A stretch of 64,000 nt of DNA, taken from assembly GCF_036321535.1 (NCBI RefSeq), contig NC_087436.1:80354001-80418000 (forward strand), written 5' to 3'. A program made the position numbers and the translations under genes. The notes below the pieces were generated by a model, which had not been told where the DNA came from, searched no databases, and saw nothing but the letters and a program-made list of their open reading frames with translations. The number at the start of each line of letters is the position of its first letter. Positions within the stretch are counted from its first letter, which is position 1. Below, one piece after another: positions 62,825 through 64,000 of this stretch. This stretch comes from Camelus dromedarius (taxonomy: Eukaryota).

Positions 62825-63754
62825 CTGTAAGACAGAACAGATGTGAGACACACATGCCATCACCAAGCACTACAAGCTTCTGAAACACAGCGAGCATACT
62901 GAGTGGAGGAGAACCTCTATGTAGGTCCCTCACAGGCACATGTATGTGCTGGGCTGGCTTCAACTTAGCTACAGGCCCACCGAAGCTCTACTCTGAACTA
63001 TTTATTCCCTACAGCCTCCTAACTACAGTTTCTGTTAAAAATATAAAAAAAAGGATTTTGCTCATAATGGGGGTCTCCAGTTTCTCCGGTCCTGGAAAAT
63101 GATGTTCAGAGTGTGTGATGCTATGTCAGATGCAGGGGGTAATCTGGTAACAGGGTGTGTTTGTCGTAGCCAGTCAGAATGTGACAGGAAAGCACGAGGG
63201 CAGCTGATCAGTGAGAACGTGACTGAATAGAAGTGTGTTACACACTCGCACAGACCAGGCCCCTGGTGCGCTCAGGAGGGGACGTCAGAGGGCAAGCCCT
63301 GGGCACCAGAGGATCACTACATACTGCCTCTGCAAGAGATACTGATGGGGCTCAGAAAGGTAGCTGCTGCTTCTTGGGGGAAGGGGTGACAGGTTTGCTG
63401 ACAGCCACTTGAGAGCACTGAAATGGCAAGCGGGCCAGATGATGACTCAAACGGAGGCTCCTCCCGTTGGCAGAAATGCTGACTACCTGGCTGGTAGCCC
63501 TCTTGGAGGGCTTCTCTGAACAGGAGGGAAACTGCTAGCCCCTCACACACAACTTTTCAAGAGAGGCTTTTCTGCAGGAAACATGACTTGTCCACTACCT
63601 TATCCTGACGCGACGCAGTGAAGCTCTCCCTCCCTCTGGGCTGTGGAGGAACAGCTGAGAAGCCCTTTGCTTAAGCTCTCCCCATCCCCATTAAGCAGGA
63701 AATCCAGACCAAGGAGGGGCAAGATTAAATGAGTGAGCAAGAAAGAATGCAAAC

Positions 63755-63909
63755 CTTGTCTGACTCATAGGTTCCCAGCCTGCAGCTGAGGTCTGCGTAG
63801 CCCCAAGCGAAAGTTTTGTTCCAGGTTGGTGGGATAAGGACCTTATTCTGTTCTACTGCAAGGATGCCTTTATCTGTACACACTATTTGTCCCACAGGCT
63901 CTTTGAGTT
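63755..63909 (-). CDS. WDFY3: WDFY3 exon (region after the BEACH domain)
   Basis: cttttatag| acceptor; 155 nt; (E)LKEPVGQIVCTDKGILAVEQNKVLIPPTWNKTFAWGYADLSCRLGTYESDK; donor |gtttgc. Confidence 0.96.
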
Positions 63910-64000
63910 CTATAAAAGACAAATCAACACATTAGAACAGTAACAGGGAAAACTAACTTCATCATCCCATAGGGGATGGTAAAGGGATCCCAAATATACA

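Noticed and set aside
197..63909. Minor (U12) introns or non-canonical splice sites
   Set aside because: All 16 donors read are GT without the GTATCCTT signature, and all acceptors are AG.

Overview
Mammalian genomic DNA, most likely a camelid (alpaca, llama or camel), judging from short tRNA-derived SINEs resembling the camelid vic-1 family. The window holds the 3' ends of two convergent genes. On the + strand are the last nine coding exons and 3' UTR of CDS1 (CDP-diacylglycerol synthase 1; 197-30288, stop TAA). On the - strand are the last nine coding exons and 3' UTR of WDFY3/ALFY (WD40 repeats, LIR, FYVE; 63909-48708, stop TGA). All exons have GT-AG borders and consistent phases. A repeat-filled gap of about 12.5 kb separates the two poly(A) regions. 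Most ORFs in the supplied track are spurious or decayed transposon fragments. The most notable items are: (1) a ~2.4 kb ORF1-only 'half-L1'-like element (25195-27565) in which ORF2 is replaced by shuffled inverted ORF2 scraps plus a distinctive 3' tail, with a second TSD-flanked copy of that tail at 860-1044, suggesting a mobile family; (2) a poly(A)-tailed, TSD-flanked LTR-like (U3-R) retrocopy in a WDFY3 intron; (3) a ~95% identical 180-bp direct repeat flanking a 59-nt CDS1 exon; (4) five KLF motifs repeated at 11-bp spacing. No prokaryotic systems, CRISPR arrays or true RNA genes were seen. Repeat subfamily names and comparisons with human proteins are from memory and need database confirmation.
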